Below are positions 19,406 to 29,804 of a stretch of DNA of 64,000 bases, in pieces. The first letter of the stretch is position 1. Each line of letters opens with the position of its first letter. The stretch comes from Candidatus Zixiibacteriota bacterium. GTDB taxonomy: Bacteria; Zixibacteria; MSB-5A5; JAABVY01. Below the pieces are notes generated by a model. It ran no database searches, was not told the DNA's origin, and saw nothing but the letters and a program-made list of their open reading frames with translations. The stretch covers positions 1-64,000 of the forward strand of contig DSEQ01000021.1 in NCBI GenBank assembly GCA_011056555.1, given 5' to 3'. The translations under genes and the position numbers were made by a program.

Positions 19406-20487
19406 TCATACGCTTCCTTTATTCTGTTCGGGTCCTTGGATGTGAGAGCCGAATTGATTATCTCCTCAAATTTCGGGCTCAAAATGTCATAGGAATAATG
19501 CAGCAGCTTCAGATAAGCTCCAATATGTCTGCTCCCGATTTCAGCTATTGGCATAACTCCGGATTTATCGAAGAGTAATTCTGAGCCTTGAAAGAAATTG
19601 ATGGTCCCGGGATCGATATCTATATATCCCAGCAGGGACAAATATATTTGATGGAGGCAGTGCCTTTTGAACAGCCGCTCCTGATTTTCTTTATATTTGA
19701 ATGGTTTTGCTGAACATCTTTTTTCATACCAGCCGTCCTCTCCAAAGGCGACCAGGCCGTTGCTCACGGGCGAGCTGGCAGCTATAGAGATGTCGACCTG
19801 GTTGTTATCGACATAGTCATCGTGCTTAAATCTTTTAAATATCAATCCGTTTTCTCGGAGACCCAGGCGGCCAGCTTCCCTCCGCTTCCAGAGAATAAGA
19901 TATCTCTCCGGAGTATATCTGGTGGTGGAATGTATGCCCAAAAGGTCAAAATGAGATTTCATGCGGAGTATGAATGAATCATAATTCCGGAGATATTTGT
20001 CCGGCTGAGCCTGGAGGTCGGGGCACTGGATGTTTATGGGGCCCTCGGTCAGCACCAGGTCGCTTGAGAGGGCGGCCAATTTATTAATCCAGGCATTGCT
20101 CCCGATTTCCCTGTATAGATGATGCGGTCCGTTGCCTATAAATATTCTGTCGAAGCTGATAGAGTCATGAAAATCTCGGAAACTCACATTTTTGAAGTCA
20201 TAATTGCCGGGGTAGCACCGGGCCACCTTGCTGCATAAATCGATCGCCAGCCAGTCTGAATCTATCCCGGTTATCTGTTCGAAGTCCTTTCTGTGGGCGA
20301 AACAAAAGTATCCTTTTGAGCAACCGATATCCAGGAACCTCTTACCCTTGAAAAAGGCGGGGAAATGTCTGCCCATTATACCTGTGCGTTCCGCCAACAC
20401 CTCCGTGGCCCTGGGCTCCGGCTCGAGGCTGTAGGTATGAGTGGGCGGATAGCTCCGGTTTATATGTTCCTGCAGATCCAGCGTCAT
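19384..20487 (-). CDS. class I SAM-dependent methyltransferase-like protein
   Basis: FLDIGCSKGYF motif I. Confidence 0.4.
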   Translation of the reverse strand: MTLDLQEHINRSYPPTHTYSLEPEPRATEVLAERTGIMGRHFPAFFKGKRFLDIGCSKGYFCFAHRKDFEQITGIDSDWLAIDLCSKVARCYPGNYDFKNVSFRDFHDSISFDRIFIGNGPHHLYREIGSNAWINKLAALSSDLVLTEGPINIQCPDLQAQPDKYLRNYDSFILRMKSHFDLLGIHSTTRYTPERYLILWKRREAGRLGLRENGLIFKRFKHDDYVDNNQVDISIAASSPVSNGLVAFGEDGWYEKRCSAKPFKYKENQERLFKRHCLHQIYLSLLGYIDIDPGTINFFQGSELLFDKSGVMPIAEIGSRHIGAYLKLLHYSYDILSPKFEEIINSALTSKDPNRIKEAYEWLRSRF

Positions 20488-21578
20488 TATAAAAAATTCC
20501 CATGCATAATTTTTGATGACTCAATCAGTTTATTCATGTTCCTGTTTTTGTCGTTGAACTGACAGCGAGGACATTCCCTGGCATCAAAGGCCTCCAGGTA
20601 GTCCTTTCTTTTTTCGCCCCACCACAATTCACTGAAGCTCTGATCCTTTAAGGAGCCGATCAAGCCCCGCCGGGTATAAGCCAGTACACAGCAGCAGTAT
20701 AGATTGAGGTCGGCACCTATGTACGGCACAAAATGCTGATGCGGACAGCGACTGTATTCAGGATGTCCCTGCACTAATTCGCCCATGCGATCCGAGAAAT
20801 TATTGATTACCTTGAATTCGCCAGTAGAAAGCCACTCGGCTTCTTTGCACAGGGCTGCAGCCTGGTAATGAAAGCCCACAAAATAAGCCGCATTCTCGGG
20901 CTGGAATACAGCGGACAGGCGTATATTATCGACGCCCAAAGATCTGGCCAGCTTCACTCCCGGGATGATTTCCTGCCAGTTGTCTTTATTGACGACATAG
21001 CCTATGCCGATTGTCAGATCTGAACCGCTTTTATCCCGCGCATCGACCAGGGCGCGGATATTTTCCAGGACCTCATGAAATGCCCTTTCGGGAGCTCTTC
21101 TCATTTGATGATATGATTCCGGAGAAGCGCAATCGAGCGAGATTCGGATCCAGGTGGAACCCAGGATTGCAGACCTTATCTCCTTATTCAATTTCCACCC
21201 ATTAGTGACCAAAGCGGTATCCAATTTAAGCTGATGAGCTCTGTTAATGAATTCAGCGCAATCCGGGTGAAGTGTCGGCTCTCCGCCTCCGGTAAATTGT
21301 ACTGCTTTGACTCCTGCGCTTTTCAATTCTTCCAGGATCCTGATCACCGTATCATAATTAATCATTCGATTGGGATTTCGAACGAGTTTGCCGCTGCCGT
21401 TGCGAATAGCAAAGAACTCGGTATATCCATCTATTCTATAAGCGCAAAAAGAACAATTCTGATTGCAGAGATCCGATATAATCAGGTGCGTGTGAATCGG
21501 GGCTGGCAATTTGCCATCCCGCAGTTCCAATAATCTGTCCATATGCAGAAGGGCTTTGTTGTACGAATAAGGATTCAA
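20487..21578 (-). CDS. radical SAM protein with SPASM-like C-terminal Cys cluster
   Basis: CNQNCSFCAY (CxxxCxxC); C-terminal CCCVLAY...CPRCQF. Confidence 0.6.
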   Translation of the reverse strand: MNPYSYNKALLHMDRLLELRDGKLPAPIHTHLIISDLCNQNCSFCAYRIDGYTEFFAIRNGSGKLVRNPNRMINYDTVIRILEELKSAGVKAVQFTGGGEPTLHPDCAEFINRAHQLKLDTALVTNGWKLNKEIRSAILGSTWIRISLDCASPESYHQMRRAPERAFHEVLENIRALVDARDKSGSDLTIGIGYVVNKDNWQEIIPGVKLARSLGVDNIRLSAVFQPENAAYFVGFHYQAAALCKEAEWLSTGEFKVINNFSDRMGELVQGHPEYSRCPHQHFVPYIGADLNLYCCCVLAYTRRGLIGSLKDQSFSELWWGEKRKDYLEAFDARECPRCQFNDKNRNMNKLIESSKIMHGNFL

Positions 21579-22270
21579 GTTCTGGCTCCTTTCATCCAGG
21601 CAGGAACAGGCTTTATTTCATGAGGGCGAGGTCTTCCGTGAAAACAGACAATCCTGCAATCATGCGGCAGCCTGCCGGCTTTTAGAACATGGACTTTGTA
21701 GCTGCAAATGCCGGAAAAAATATCCTGCGCCATTATGATCTCGGGATCCCCTCTGTTTTTCAACAGGTCGCGCAGCCATTCCTGGTCGCCCCTGAAACTG
21801 CGTCTCTTATTGTTCAGAAAAAGCGCCCTCGGGGTATGCTTGAAGTGGCCGTCTGAAGCGAATTCCCTGAAGGTTTCATAAATCCAGAGCAATGAGCCAT
21901 TCCAACCCATGATTCCGGAGCATATATCCTTGCGATAAAAGCCCCGCAGCATCATCAGGGCATTATGTGACTCACTTATCCAGGAGCCCAGAGGATTAAT
22001 GTCTCCGACTATCACGGTATCAAGGTCGAGGTATAGGGCCGGTCCCATCAGTGCAAACATCTCTATTTTTGACCACCATCCCGGCCAATCATAATGGAGG
22101 GGAACGATCTCATCCAGAACAAGACGACGAAGTTTATATGGATCTTCATCAGTCAGGCAGACGAATTTATGCGGGAGAGTCAAATGCTTCATAACGCCCA
22201 GCGCCAGCCTGCGGACATATTCGATGCTGTAATCACCACCGGTTCTATACACGCACACCACCTTGATCAT
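21575..22270 (-). CDS. nucleotide-sugar transferase-like protein (GT8-like DxD)
   Basis: LYLDLDTVIVGDI resembles the GT8 DxD region; weak. Confidence 0.3.
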   Translation of the reverse strand: MIKVVCVYRTGGDYSIEYVRRLALGVMKHLTLPHKFVCLTDEDPYKLRRLVLDEIVPLHYDWPGWWSKIEMFALMGPALYLDLDTVIVGDINPLGSWISESHNALMMLRGFYRKDICSGIMGWNGSLLWIYETFREFASDGHFKHTPRALFLNNKRRSFRGDQEWLRDLLKNRGDPEIIMAQDIFSGICSYKVHVLKAGRLPHDCRIVCFHGRPRPHEIKPVPAWMKGART

Positions 22271-22890
22271 ATGAGATCCTCCAAAGCCACCTTGGGAAAG
22301 ACATCGAGCGCGCTGTCAAGACAGGCATTGAAGCACTCAATGTTTTTCTGTTTAAGAGAATGGGCGATATCCGGAAATGGTCTCAAAAACCTCGGATATG
22401 GATTCTTCCCTTTCGGGTTTGCAGGAGGATCATAATCATCATGATAATTATATCTGCCCTCCACCACTCTCATATCGAAGCCCAGAAGGATTATCCGCTT
22501 CACTCCGAAATGATAGGCCAGGCCGATAGCGCAGGCTCCCGAGCTGAGATTCCAGGCCAGAATTGAGGGGGAGGTTGATAGTCCCCGAATCTTATTCTGC
22601 CTTTTGACCACCTTGATGCCGGGCTTATCCAGATGCTGTTCGCAGGTGGTGACCTTCAGGCCGGCAAAGCTCAGGAGCTGCTTGGCGTGCATGTTGTACC
22701 ATCGGCAGTCTCCAAAAAAAAGGCAGTCGATCCAGTCGGCCATCCGGTAGGCGTTATTAACGGCAATGATCCGTTTGCCACGCAACCGTTTGATATCGAA
22801 ACCGCGCAGGCTGGGACCGCCTCCTATGATAAAGCATTCCCCCTCCGGCCAGAGCCTGGGGACTGTCCAGTAACCCGAAGGGCCCTTCAT
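22267..22890 (-). CDS. DUF115 / Maf-like (MptE-like) protein
   Basis: FIIGGGPSL motif characteristic of the DUF115 family associated with flagellin glycosylation. Confidence 0.45.
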   Translation of the reverse strand: MKGPSGYWTVPRLWPEGECFIIGGGPSLRGFDIKRLRGKRIIAVNNAYRMADWIDCLFFGDCRWYNMHAKQLLSFAGLKVTTCEQHLDKPGIKVVKRQNKIRGLSTSPSILAWNLSSGACAIGLAYHFGVKRIILLGFDMRVVEGRYNYHDDYDPPANPKGKNPYPRFLRPFPDIAHSLKQKNIECFNACLDSALDVFPKVALEDLI

Positions 22891-23022
22891 TGCTGCCTCC
22901 TGTTTCGCCTTCTGGAATCGCGTGCCATCCCGTTTTTGATCTTGCGCTTTCTTTTCAATCTGTCCAGGAGACGCTGATTTTCCTCGTCCAGGTACTGGGA
23001 CCAGCGCCGGGAATTCGCCGCC

Positions 23023-23481
23023 TTAGCCACGCTTTTTTCCGCCCTTCTTCTTGGATGATTTGGATTTATCATTCGTCGCCGGTTCTTTTTCCGGCTCAGC
23101 CTCTGGTTCCGGTTCCACCTCAGTTTCGGTCACGGGCTCCGGCTCGTTTTCGGGCGGGGGAGTTTCCGCAAACGGGTCCTCAATCTTCTCGCCTGTCAAA
23201 TCTTCCGCTTCCGCCTTGCTGAGAGGCTGGTCATTTATTTTTTGACCACTGCCCTGATTGACCACATCATAAAGATCATCCTCCCGGCGCCAGGCTTTGA
23301 GCTTATAGTCAGGCTCAGGAGGAGGCGGTTCGGGATCGAGTCTTTCGAATTTGAACATCAGCCCCCGGCCTATCTCATAAGGCTCACATTCGATTTGATC
23401 CCCTGGCCGCACAACTGTCCATGCACCCTTCAGGCGCATCCTGTGCGTTCCTGTCTTTGGCTTCATTCTAAATAATGCCAT
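23023..23481 (-). CDS. hypothetical protein with acidic Pro/Glu repeat and basic tail
   Basis: 152 aa; EPEPVTETEVEPEPEAEPEKEP then KSKSSKKKGGKKRG. Confidence 0.3.
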   Translation of the reverse strand: MALFRMKPKTGTHRMRLKGAWTVVRPGDQIECEPYEIGRGLMFKFERLDPEPPPPEPDYKLKAWRREDDLYDVVNQGSGQKINDQPLSKAEAEDLTGEKIEDPFAETPPPENEPEPVTETEVEPEPEAEPEKEPATNDKSKSSKKKGGKKRG

Positions 23482-23536
23482 TCATTGCCTCGATTCTATT
23501 TTTGGGTTTAAAGGGTGTGGTTACCCTGTGGTTAAA

Positions 23537-24544
23537 TTAAGCTGATAAGAGAACGATGCCGCTGTTGCCATCCTTGTCTGACCGGATCTGCGGAACCATG
23601 ATGGCCATCACCTTGAAGTGAGTGATCATGCCGCCTTCGGTTTCCCACTCGACGGTTGTGGGCTGAAGCCCGATGACCATACGGACAGTCTCCGGAGTCA
23701 TCTCGACCATAACGACCTTATCGTCAGTCAGGTAATCGGCAACCCTTACATCGAGGATGCCATTGACCTGCTTGATACGGTCGCGGATGGTGACGTTGGG
23801 ATAGCTGGTGGAATAATCGTTGTCGAGCGCCGTCTCGTAGTTCGTGGGCACATAGAGCATCCAGGGCCCATAGTGCTTGGCATCGATAGAAGCCTGTTTC
23901 ATGGCCCGGACGTCGTCAAGGATATCTGAACCGGAAGTTCCGCTGGCATCCCACTCATCCTCGAGAGTCACGCTATTACTGCTGAAATCCGTGTATCCAT
24001 ATATAGTGCCGCCCCCGAAGGTATAAGAGCTGGCGCCAGTGAAGAGGATCTCCTCGATCTTTTCGGAGACCTTGGTGGCTGCCATGGCCGCGGTCGCCGT
24101 ATCCAGCGGCATGCCCAGCTTGCGCGAGGCTTCCAGGGCCCGGATCGAGATCTGGAAGTCCTTGTGCACAATCGGCAAAGGCAGATAGCCGATGTCATAG
24201 GTTATGCGGTCGCCCGCTCCCCTGGTGGCCGCATCCATGTTCATCTGGGCCTCGGAGATGTCGGATTCCTTCTCATACTCGAGAACGGTTGTACCCAGAC
24301 CGTTGCCCAGGTTATAGACCAGGCCCCGGCCGATCAGGTCCTGCACGCCGACCAAGCGCTGGCGCGAAATCTTTATTACCGTTTCGTCCAGCTCTTTCCA
24401 TTCGTCCTTGCGCAGGGTGTCGTTGGTCCGGAGGGCATTGGCTTTCATGCCGGTGGCCAGAAGCCGCTGGGCTACGTTTCCATAGACCTTTCCGCCCGGT
24501 AATATCCCGTCAAGCCGCGCCGGAGATATGATTGATTTTCCCAT
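23537..24544 (-). CDS. major capsid protein (lambda E-like)
   Basis: 335 aa; position after the gpD-like gene in lambda order C-Nu3-D-E. Confidence 0.55.
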   Translation of the reverse strand: MGKSIISPARLDGILPGGKVYGNVAQRLLATGMKANALRTNDTLRKDEWKELDETVIKISRQRLVGVQDLIGRGLVYNLGNGLGTTVLEYEKESDISEAQMNMDAATRGAGDRITYDIGYLPLPIVHKDFQISIRALEASRKLGMPLDTATAAMAATKVSEKIEEILFTGASSYTFGGGTIYGYTDFSSNSVTLEDEWDASGTSGSDILDDVRAMKQASIDAKHYGPWMLYVPTNYETALDNDYSTSYPNVTIRDRIKQVNGILDVRVADYLTDDKVVMVEMTPETVRMVIGLQPTTVEWETEGGMITHFKVMAIMVPQIRSDKDGNSGIVLLSA

Positions 24545-24608
24545 TATTTCCTCCTGTCAATCAGTTTGACATTTGATGTTTTCTTTCAATAACTGATGGT
24601 CGCCGATC

Positions 24609-25067
24609 CTATATCACCAGAATGCGGATACGCTGACTGGAAGGATCAGCTCCGGACGAGCCGGACATGTCAAGCGCCTCGAGGGCAATGCCGACTACCG
24701 ACTGCACGCCGATATCACCCGCCGAAGCGTCGGTGTCCACAACCCGGAGATAACCGTTTCCGTTGGATTCGAGCTTCGAGCCGATCGCAGCGTTCTCTCC
24801 GTCTGCCAGAAGAGCATAGGCCTCTTCGCCGGGTCGGAATATGGCCGCCAGCACCTCATTGCTGGTCGAATAGGCGTCGGATATCTCCTTGCCCTGGTTC
24901 TCATCTTCAAGCGCGAAGATGGTTGCAGCCGATCCCCCCGCGGTTGAATGGGCCTGGAACTTATCAGCTGAAGTCAGCTCGATAAGAAAGCCTGGCGTGA
25001 TTGCCGCGGCTGCAGCCCGTTCAATGCGTACTGGATCGCCTTTGATAGTGATTGTATTGTAACTCAT
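24609..25067 (-). CDS. head decoration protein-like (gpD/DUF2190-like)
   Basis: 152 aa, Ala/Gly/Ser-rich; located between scaffold/protease and major capsid genes. Confidence 0.4.
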   Translation of the reverse strand: MSYNTITIKGDPVRIERAAAAAITPGFLIELTSADKFQAHSTAGGSAATIFALEDENQGKEISDAYSTSNEVLAAIFRPGEEAYALLADGENAAIGSKLESNGNGYLRVVDTDASAGDIGVQSVVGIALEALDMSGSSGADPSSQRIRILVI

Positions 25068-25127
25068 TACTTATCCTCCAATTATAGATTCCAGGATTTC
25101 AACAGACTCTTCTCAAACAGGCTGCCC

Positions 25128-27047
25128 TCAGGCAGATTTTTCCGAAAGATCAAAGACCGGCGGCATGTCCGGAATCGAGTCGGTATCTTCATTGACTCCA
25201 GGCCCGCCGCCCTGCAGTGAATAATTGACCTCGATCCTCCCCAGCTCGGTGAGGTTCTCGAGGTCCTCGATCTCCATGGCGCGGAGCTGCTTTTCCGAGA
25301 ATTTATTGCGCTCATTGGCCAGGAGAGCCGTGACCAGATCGTTCTTGCGGGCCTGGTCATTAGCGACTGCCCGACGCAGCGTGCCGCGAATTTCAGCCGG
25401 GGCATTGGTAATGAATTCCTCCAATGTCACCTGCCTGGCGTTACCGGTCGGCTTTTCCTCGGGCTTCGGCTCTGCCGGGGGTGTCTCCTCTGCCGGTTTA
25501 GTTTCAGGCTCCGCCGGCGGTGTCTCGCCTTCTTTCTGGCCTTCCTTTTCCTCCGGCTTCTCGGTTGGCTGCTCCTCTTCGTTAATGGCCACCTTGGCAA
25601 GCTGGTCCTCCGACAGGCTCTTAAGCCACTGCTCGTCCTTCTCAGTCAGGCCGTTGCATTCGCAGGCTATAAGCGCCTTGATCAGTTCATCCTTTTTCTT
25701 CATCTCCATTTCCTCCTGATTGGGAGTTTGTGTATTAGCCGCCGGTGCGTTTGACACCGGGACATACTTTCTTTCCTCTCTCACTTCCTGTGCATCTTCC
25801 GCCAGGCTGACCTTGCCCTGGTCGTCAACCAAGTAGCCCCGGCTATAGAGCTTGGCAACATGCGCTTCGCCAATCTCATTGGGATTGTTGCCGCGGGCCT
25901 CGTAGATCACAAAATCATCATAGACTTCCCTGACGAAATGGATCCAGCCCTCATTGTCGAGCGCATCGACAGCTGTCTGCAGCTGCGAACGCAGGTCCTC
26001 ATGGCTGGCTTCCTGAACCGTAAGGCCGATGTTGGCCGCTAACTTGCGGAAGAATGCTTTCACGGGTTCGAGAGCATCTTTCTTGTTCATAGATGCCTCC
26101 ACTTCAAGTTCTGCATCGAAATATCTATTTAAAAGACGGCGGGCCTTGTTCTGAGCGGAACGCTTGGCCGCCGCCGGTATCTGTGCCTGGGATCCTCGCC
26201 CGCCGATCACAGCGCGCAGAGCTCCCTCGTTGAGCTTGCCGGTCCCGGGATTAACCACCGGGAAAAAAATCAGGTCGCGTTCGTTGTCGGCTGAGCCTTC
26301 ACCCAGCAGGGTCTTGGAAGCGATCCAGTTCTTCAGGGGAGCGGGCGCATCCTGAACCCGGGAGGGAACCTCGTCCGGTGGGCCCCCATGGCTGCGGTAA
26401 TAGGCGTCACGGTAAGCAGAGAATGAGGTGGTCACATTGGCCCAGGAAGTTGTCTCGGTACCACCAAACGAAGGTGTTCTGGCCGAGCTGCGGACATTGG
26501 CCCGGATCCCGCAACCGTCGGCCCAGGAGCAGGCCCCTTCGGCTCCGGGCAAAAGGGCCAGGTGATCAGGGCGGTAATTTACAACCGTGGCAATATATTC
26601 CTCGCCGTTCCAGCTCCCCGGGATGCCGTCGTCGTCTGTGAATAGAGCCGAGGAAACCTCCAGATTTCCGCCCGATTCAATCGCCTCCAGCACCTGTGAA
26701 GCGATCTTTTTGGATTTGCCAATCTCTATCCAGACCTCGCCTACCAGGCCGTTTTTAGCCGAATCATAGCGCACATTGAAAAGCCGGCCAACAGAGCGCT
26801 CCTCAATCAACCTGGGGGTGTTGGCGGATACATTCTTCCCGCTTTCCTCCGGATGGAATACAGGCAGGGGCACGCCGTTCCATGAGTCGGGGTATTTTGC
26901 CAGTTCCTCGGCGGGATAGAAAAGCTCATTGTGCACGCCTTCAACCAAAAGCACGACCGGCGCCACCAGATGTTCCCTGCCCTCGAAGAGCTCGTGCCTG
27001 ATCGGCAGTCCCGGCTGAAGCGTGATTATATTTTTCTGTAAACTCAT
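25128..27047 (-). CDS. prohead protease / scaffold-like protein (DUF2213-like N-domain, acidic repeat C-terminus)
   Basis: 639 aa; C-terminal low-complexity PAEPETKPAEETPPAEPKPEEKP; gene order. Confidence 0.4.
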   Translation of the reverse strand: MSLQKNIITLQPGLPIRHELFEGREHLVAPVVLLVEGVHNELFYPAEELAKYPDSWNGVPLPVFHPEESGKNVSANTPRLIEERSVGRLFNVRYDSAKNGLVGEVWIEIGKSKKIASQVLEAIESGGNLEVSSALFTDDDGIPGSWNGEEYIATVVNYRPDHLALLPGAEGACSWADGCGIRANVRSSARTPSFGGTETTSWANVTTSFSAYRDAYYRSHGGPPDEVPSRVQDAPAPLKNWIASKTLLGEGSADNERDLIFFPVVNPGTGKLNEGALRAVIGGRGSQAQIPAAAKRSAQNKARRLLNRYFDAELEVEASMNKKDALEPVKAFFRKLAANIGLTVQEASHEDLRSQLQTAVDALDNEGWIHFVREVYDDFVIYEARGNNPNEIGEAHVAKLYSRGYLVDDQGKVSLAEDAQEVREERKYVPVSNAPAANTQTPNQEEMEMKKKDELIKALIACECNGLTEKDEQWLKSLSEDQLAKVAINEEEQPTEKPEEKEGQKEGETPPAEPETKPAEETPPAEPKPEEKPTGNARQVTLEEFITNAPAEIRGTLRRAVANDQARKNDLVTALLANERNKFSEKQLRAMEIEDLENLTELGRIEVNYSLQGGGPGVNEDTDSIPDMPPVFDLSEKSA

Positions 27048-27059
27048 ATGCTACCTCCG

Positions 27060-28022
27060 TTATTTCCTGGTCTTGCCTGCATCTACCGGCGCATGGGCAC
27101 AAACACAGTTGGGATGCGCCGGCAGCTGTCCCATGGCCTGGGTAGTGGTATATGGGCCGCCCGCCTCCAGATCGACGCAGATCGGGCAGGGATTCGGGCC
27201 TAAAACGACATCAAGCATCACTGGCTCCCCGAGCTCCTGCTCGGCCTGGATATATTCGGCCATCTGAGCCTCATGGTGCGCGTTCAAAACTTCGGTCCTG
27301 GCGATGGTGCGGGCCCGGACCTTGCCGATTTTGTCAACCCGATCGGCGGTGTTCTTATATAGCTCCCTGGCGATCGTTAAAGGACTTTTGCCCTCCGCTA
27401 AACCTCTGGCCAGACCAGTAGTCAGACCGTCGGAGATCCGCCGCCGGATTTCGGCATTCATGAATTGAGTGACAGACTTCAGATCCTCGTAAGTGCGGGA
27501 ATATATGACACCGATCCTGTCAGCGTGAAAACGCCTTCCCATCACGGCCTGTATGCCGCCTGGAACCTCATCAAACAGGGACAGCTGGTATCCCGCAGCC
27601 CTGAGACGCGAGCGGCCGTTGCGCAGCCCTCTCTGATACGCGGAATCAATATAAACGTCCGTCCAGGCTTCCTCGATGCCGATATGTACACCAGGTCGCC
27701 TGCTGACATGAAGAATGCCCTGGCGTTCCTGCTCCTCCAACCAGGCCATAAAGGCCTGCACCTTATCGGCGGAACGTTCAAACGCAAATTCCTTATACCT
27801 GGCTGGAGACAGCCTCCTGAGCGCATTCGGCTGGATATCAAAACAGTCTCTATCGACAATCGATATGCGGATATCCCGCTTGAGCTCATTGAGGCGCTTA
27901 TTGATCTCCCGGATGAAGCGCAGCCTGATCATGGTTGTCCGGGAGGGGTCCACCCGGGAGCTGGCATTCAAGCGCAGCCGGCCAGAAGGTGGCCTGTGGC
28001 AGGTATGTATATCGACGCTCAT
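27060..28022 (-). CDS. head morphogenesis protein (Mu F / SPP1 gp7 family)
   Basis: IARTEVLNAHHEAQ and C-terminal Cys-rich CPICVDL...HPNCVCAH; ATGA overlap with the portal gene. Confidence 0.55.
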   Translation of the reverse strand: MSVDIHTCHRPPSGRLRLNASSRVDPSRTTMIRLRFIREINKRLNELKRDIRISIVDRDCFDIQPNALRRLSPARYKEFAFERSADKVQAFMAWLEEQERQGILHVSRRPGVHIGIEEAWTDVYIDSAYQRGLRNGRSRLRAAGYQLSLFDEVPGGIQAVMGRRFHADRIGVIYSRTYEDLKSVTQFMNAEIRRRISDGLTTGLARGLAEGKSPLTIARELYKNTADRVDKIGKVRARTIARTEVLNAHHEAQMAEYIQAEQELGEPVMLDVVLGPNPCPICVDLEAGGPYTTTQAMGQLPAHPNCVCAHAPVDAGKTRK

Positions 28023-29425
28023 ATGTCCTCCACTCCCGTCACTTCGATTTCAGGCTCCAGCTCGGGTTCTGACTCCTGCAGTTCCCTGTCTATGCTCTCC
28101 AGAATCATCTGGATCTGGTCGATTTCCTCTTTGCTGAATCCCATCACTTTCTCATAGAAGATTTCAGGCGGCAGGATTGAGTCCGCGCCGCTTTCCATAT
28201 AATCCTTGACTGCCTTTGATCTCGAGGCACCGACCTCAGCAACCTCCTTGTCGCTCGGTGTCATAAGGTCAGGCCACTCCACCGAATAACCTTCCGAAGG
28301 TTCCGGAAGAATCTGAGCTTTTATGAGTCGATCTATCAAGGGCCTTAGAATCGTTGGCTCGCAATGCTGCTTTCTGCGAGAATCAACAGTGTCCATCCAG
28401 TTCTTCTCATCCTGGGAAGATGCCAGTTCGCCCCGCTCCGAACCCAGCAGTATGCGTTTGGGAATACCGGTGGCGCAGGAGATCAGATCAATTATGATAT
28501 TTGCATGGCCGGTTGGGTCGGCAACCTGCATGGCCAGGTCCTCCACGCTCATGCCACGCAGACGGATATATCTTTTAAGTCCATGCATATATTCCTCAAT
28601 CTCATCCTGCAGGTCCTCGAGGTCCTGCGGACCGATGGTGTGACCTTCGTCGACCTTGAATCCATATCCTGGAAATGCCCCGCGCCAGAACATCTCAGCC
28701 GATCCCCCTACTATAAGCTCCAAATCCTGCAAGCGATTCAGTACGCATCTCAACCTGGGAGTCCCTTCGACATTATCCTCCAGAAGATCCTCGGCCACAT
28801 GTATCACCCGCGAGTGATGAACCTTGACGCTGCGGCTGGAGCTGCCGGTTCCGATCCTGACGTTGATGCTGTATTCTTTGGGCAGTCCGAATCGTTCGCT
28901 GTTCGTATCTGTCTCATAGGCTGAAATCGATGCATTCTGAGACGTGTATGGGGTCAAATATAAGAGCCGCTTGGCTGAGCTGAGCTCCTGATCAAATTCG
29001 AGGCCGTCATCTGCTCCAATCAAGAGGACAGCGTAGGTTCCAATAGAGGCCAGTTTATCCACGCGGATCAGTTTGTGATAGATATGCCGCGATTCTACCA
29101 GCTCCACCCATTTCTTCTCGAACTCGGTTTCCTCTTCATCAGATTCCGTAATTGTGGGCGGCATCCTCCAACAGTGTTCGACCGGCTTATTTATGACCGC
29201 CTTGGCAATGTCCTGCCTGTGATATCGCGCCATGTAGTCATTGAAACTCGGGGATTTGGTGTATCCCAGGGCCGCATAGATATCGCGGTCGTCAGAAAAA
29301 GATTTTCCGAGACGATTGGCGATCGAGGCCCTGACGGCGATGGCCGATAATGCCCGCAGGTAATCATCAGCCTGGTTAGCAGTCAGTTTTTTCTCGGGTG
29401 CGGCTTTCTTCTTTCTTGCCGGCAT
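28019..29425 (-). CDS. portal protein
   Basis: 468 aa between TerL and the Mu-F-like gene. Confidence 0.5.
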   Translation of the reverse strand: MPARKKKAAPEKKLTANQADDYLRALSAIAVRASIANRLGKSFSDDRDIYAALGYTKSPSFNDYMARYHRQDIAKAVINKPVEHCWRMPPTITESDEEETEFEKKWVELVESRHIYHKLIRVDKLASIGTYAVLLIGADDGLEFDQELSSAKRLLYLTPYTSQNASISAYETDTNSERFGLPKEYSINVRIGTGSSSRSVKVHHSRVIHVAEDLLEDNVEGTPRLRCVLNRLQDLELIVGGSAEMFWRGAFPGYGFKVDEGHTIGPQDLEDLQDEIEEYMHGLKRYIRLRGMSVEDLAMQVADPTGHANIIIDLISCATGIPKRILLGSERGELASSQDEKNWMDTVDSRRKQHCEPTILRPLIDRLIKAQILPEPSEGYSVEWPDLMTPSDKEVAEVGASRSKAVKDYMESGADSILPPEIFYEKVMGFSKEEIDQIQMILESIDRELQESEPELEPEIEVTGVEDI

Positions 29426-29426
29426 G

Positions 29427-29792
29427 TCAATCTCCCTGATTTAAAATCTTTTCGGCCTCTATGAGGCTCAGGCCTTCCTTCTTGATCAGCATCCAGCGGG
29501 CAAAATTCTGCAGTCCGGTGGTAGCTTTGGCGTGCTTCTCTGCCTGCTTCTTTATCTGTTTGACCTCCTCGGTCATGTCCTCATGCCTTTCCATGCACTC
29601 CTCCCTGGGCACAAATATCGAACGCCCGCTATTCTGACCATGTATCGATGCCAGTCGGCTATAGATCTCGACAATATCCCGGGTATTGTTCTTGACTTGA
29701 TTTCGCAGGGCTCCCCAGCCTACACCGACGCCTACCAATCCCGATAAGAAGCTAATCAAAAGTTGCAAAAATCCCACATGTTCCATCTGCAC
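29427..29792 (-). CDS. hypothetical single-TM protein
   Basis: N-terminal hydrophobic LLISFLSGLVGVGVGWGAL. Confidence 0.3.
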   Translation of the reverse strand: MQMEHVGFLQLLISFLSGLVGVGVGWGALRNQVKNNTRDIVEIYSRLASIHGQNSGRSIFVPREECMERHEDMTEEVKQIKKQAEKHAKATTGLQNFARWMLIKKEGLSLIEAEKILNQGD

Positions 29793-29804
29793 GCCCTCCC
29801 ATCT

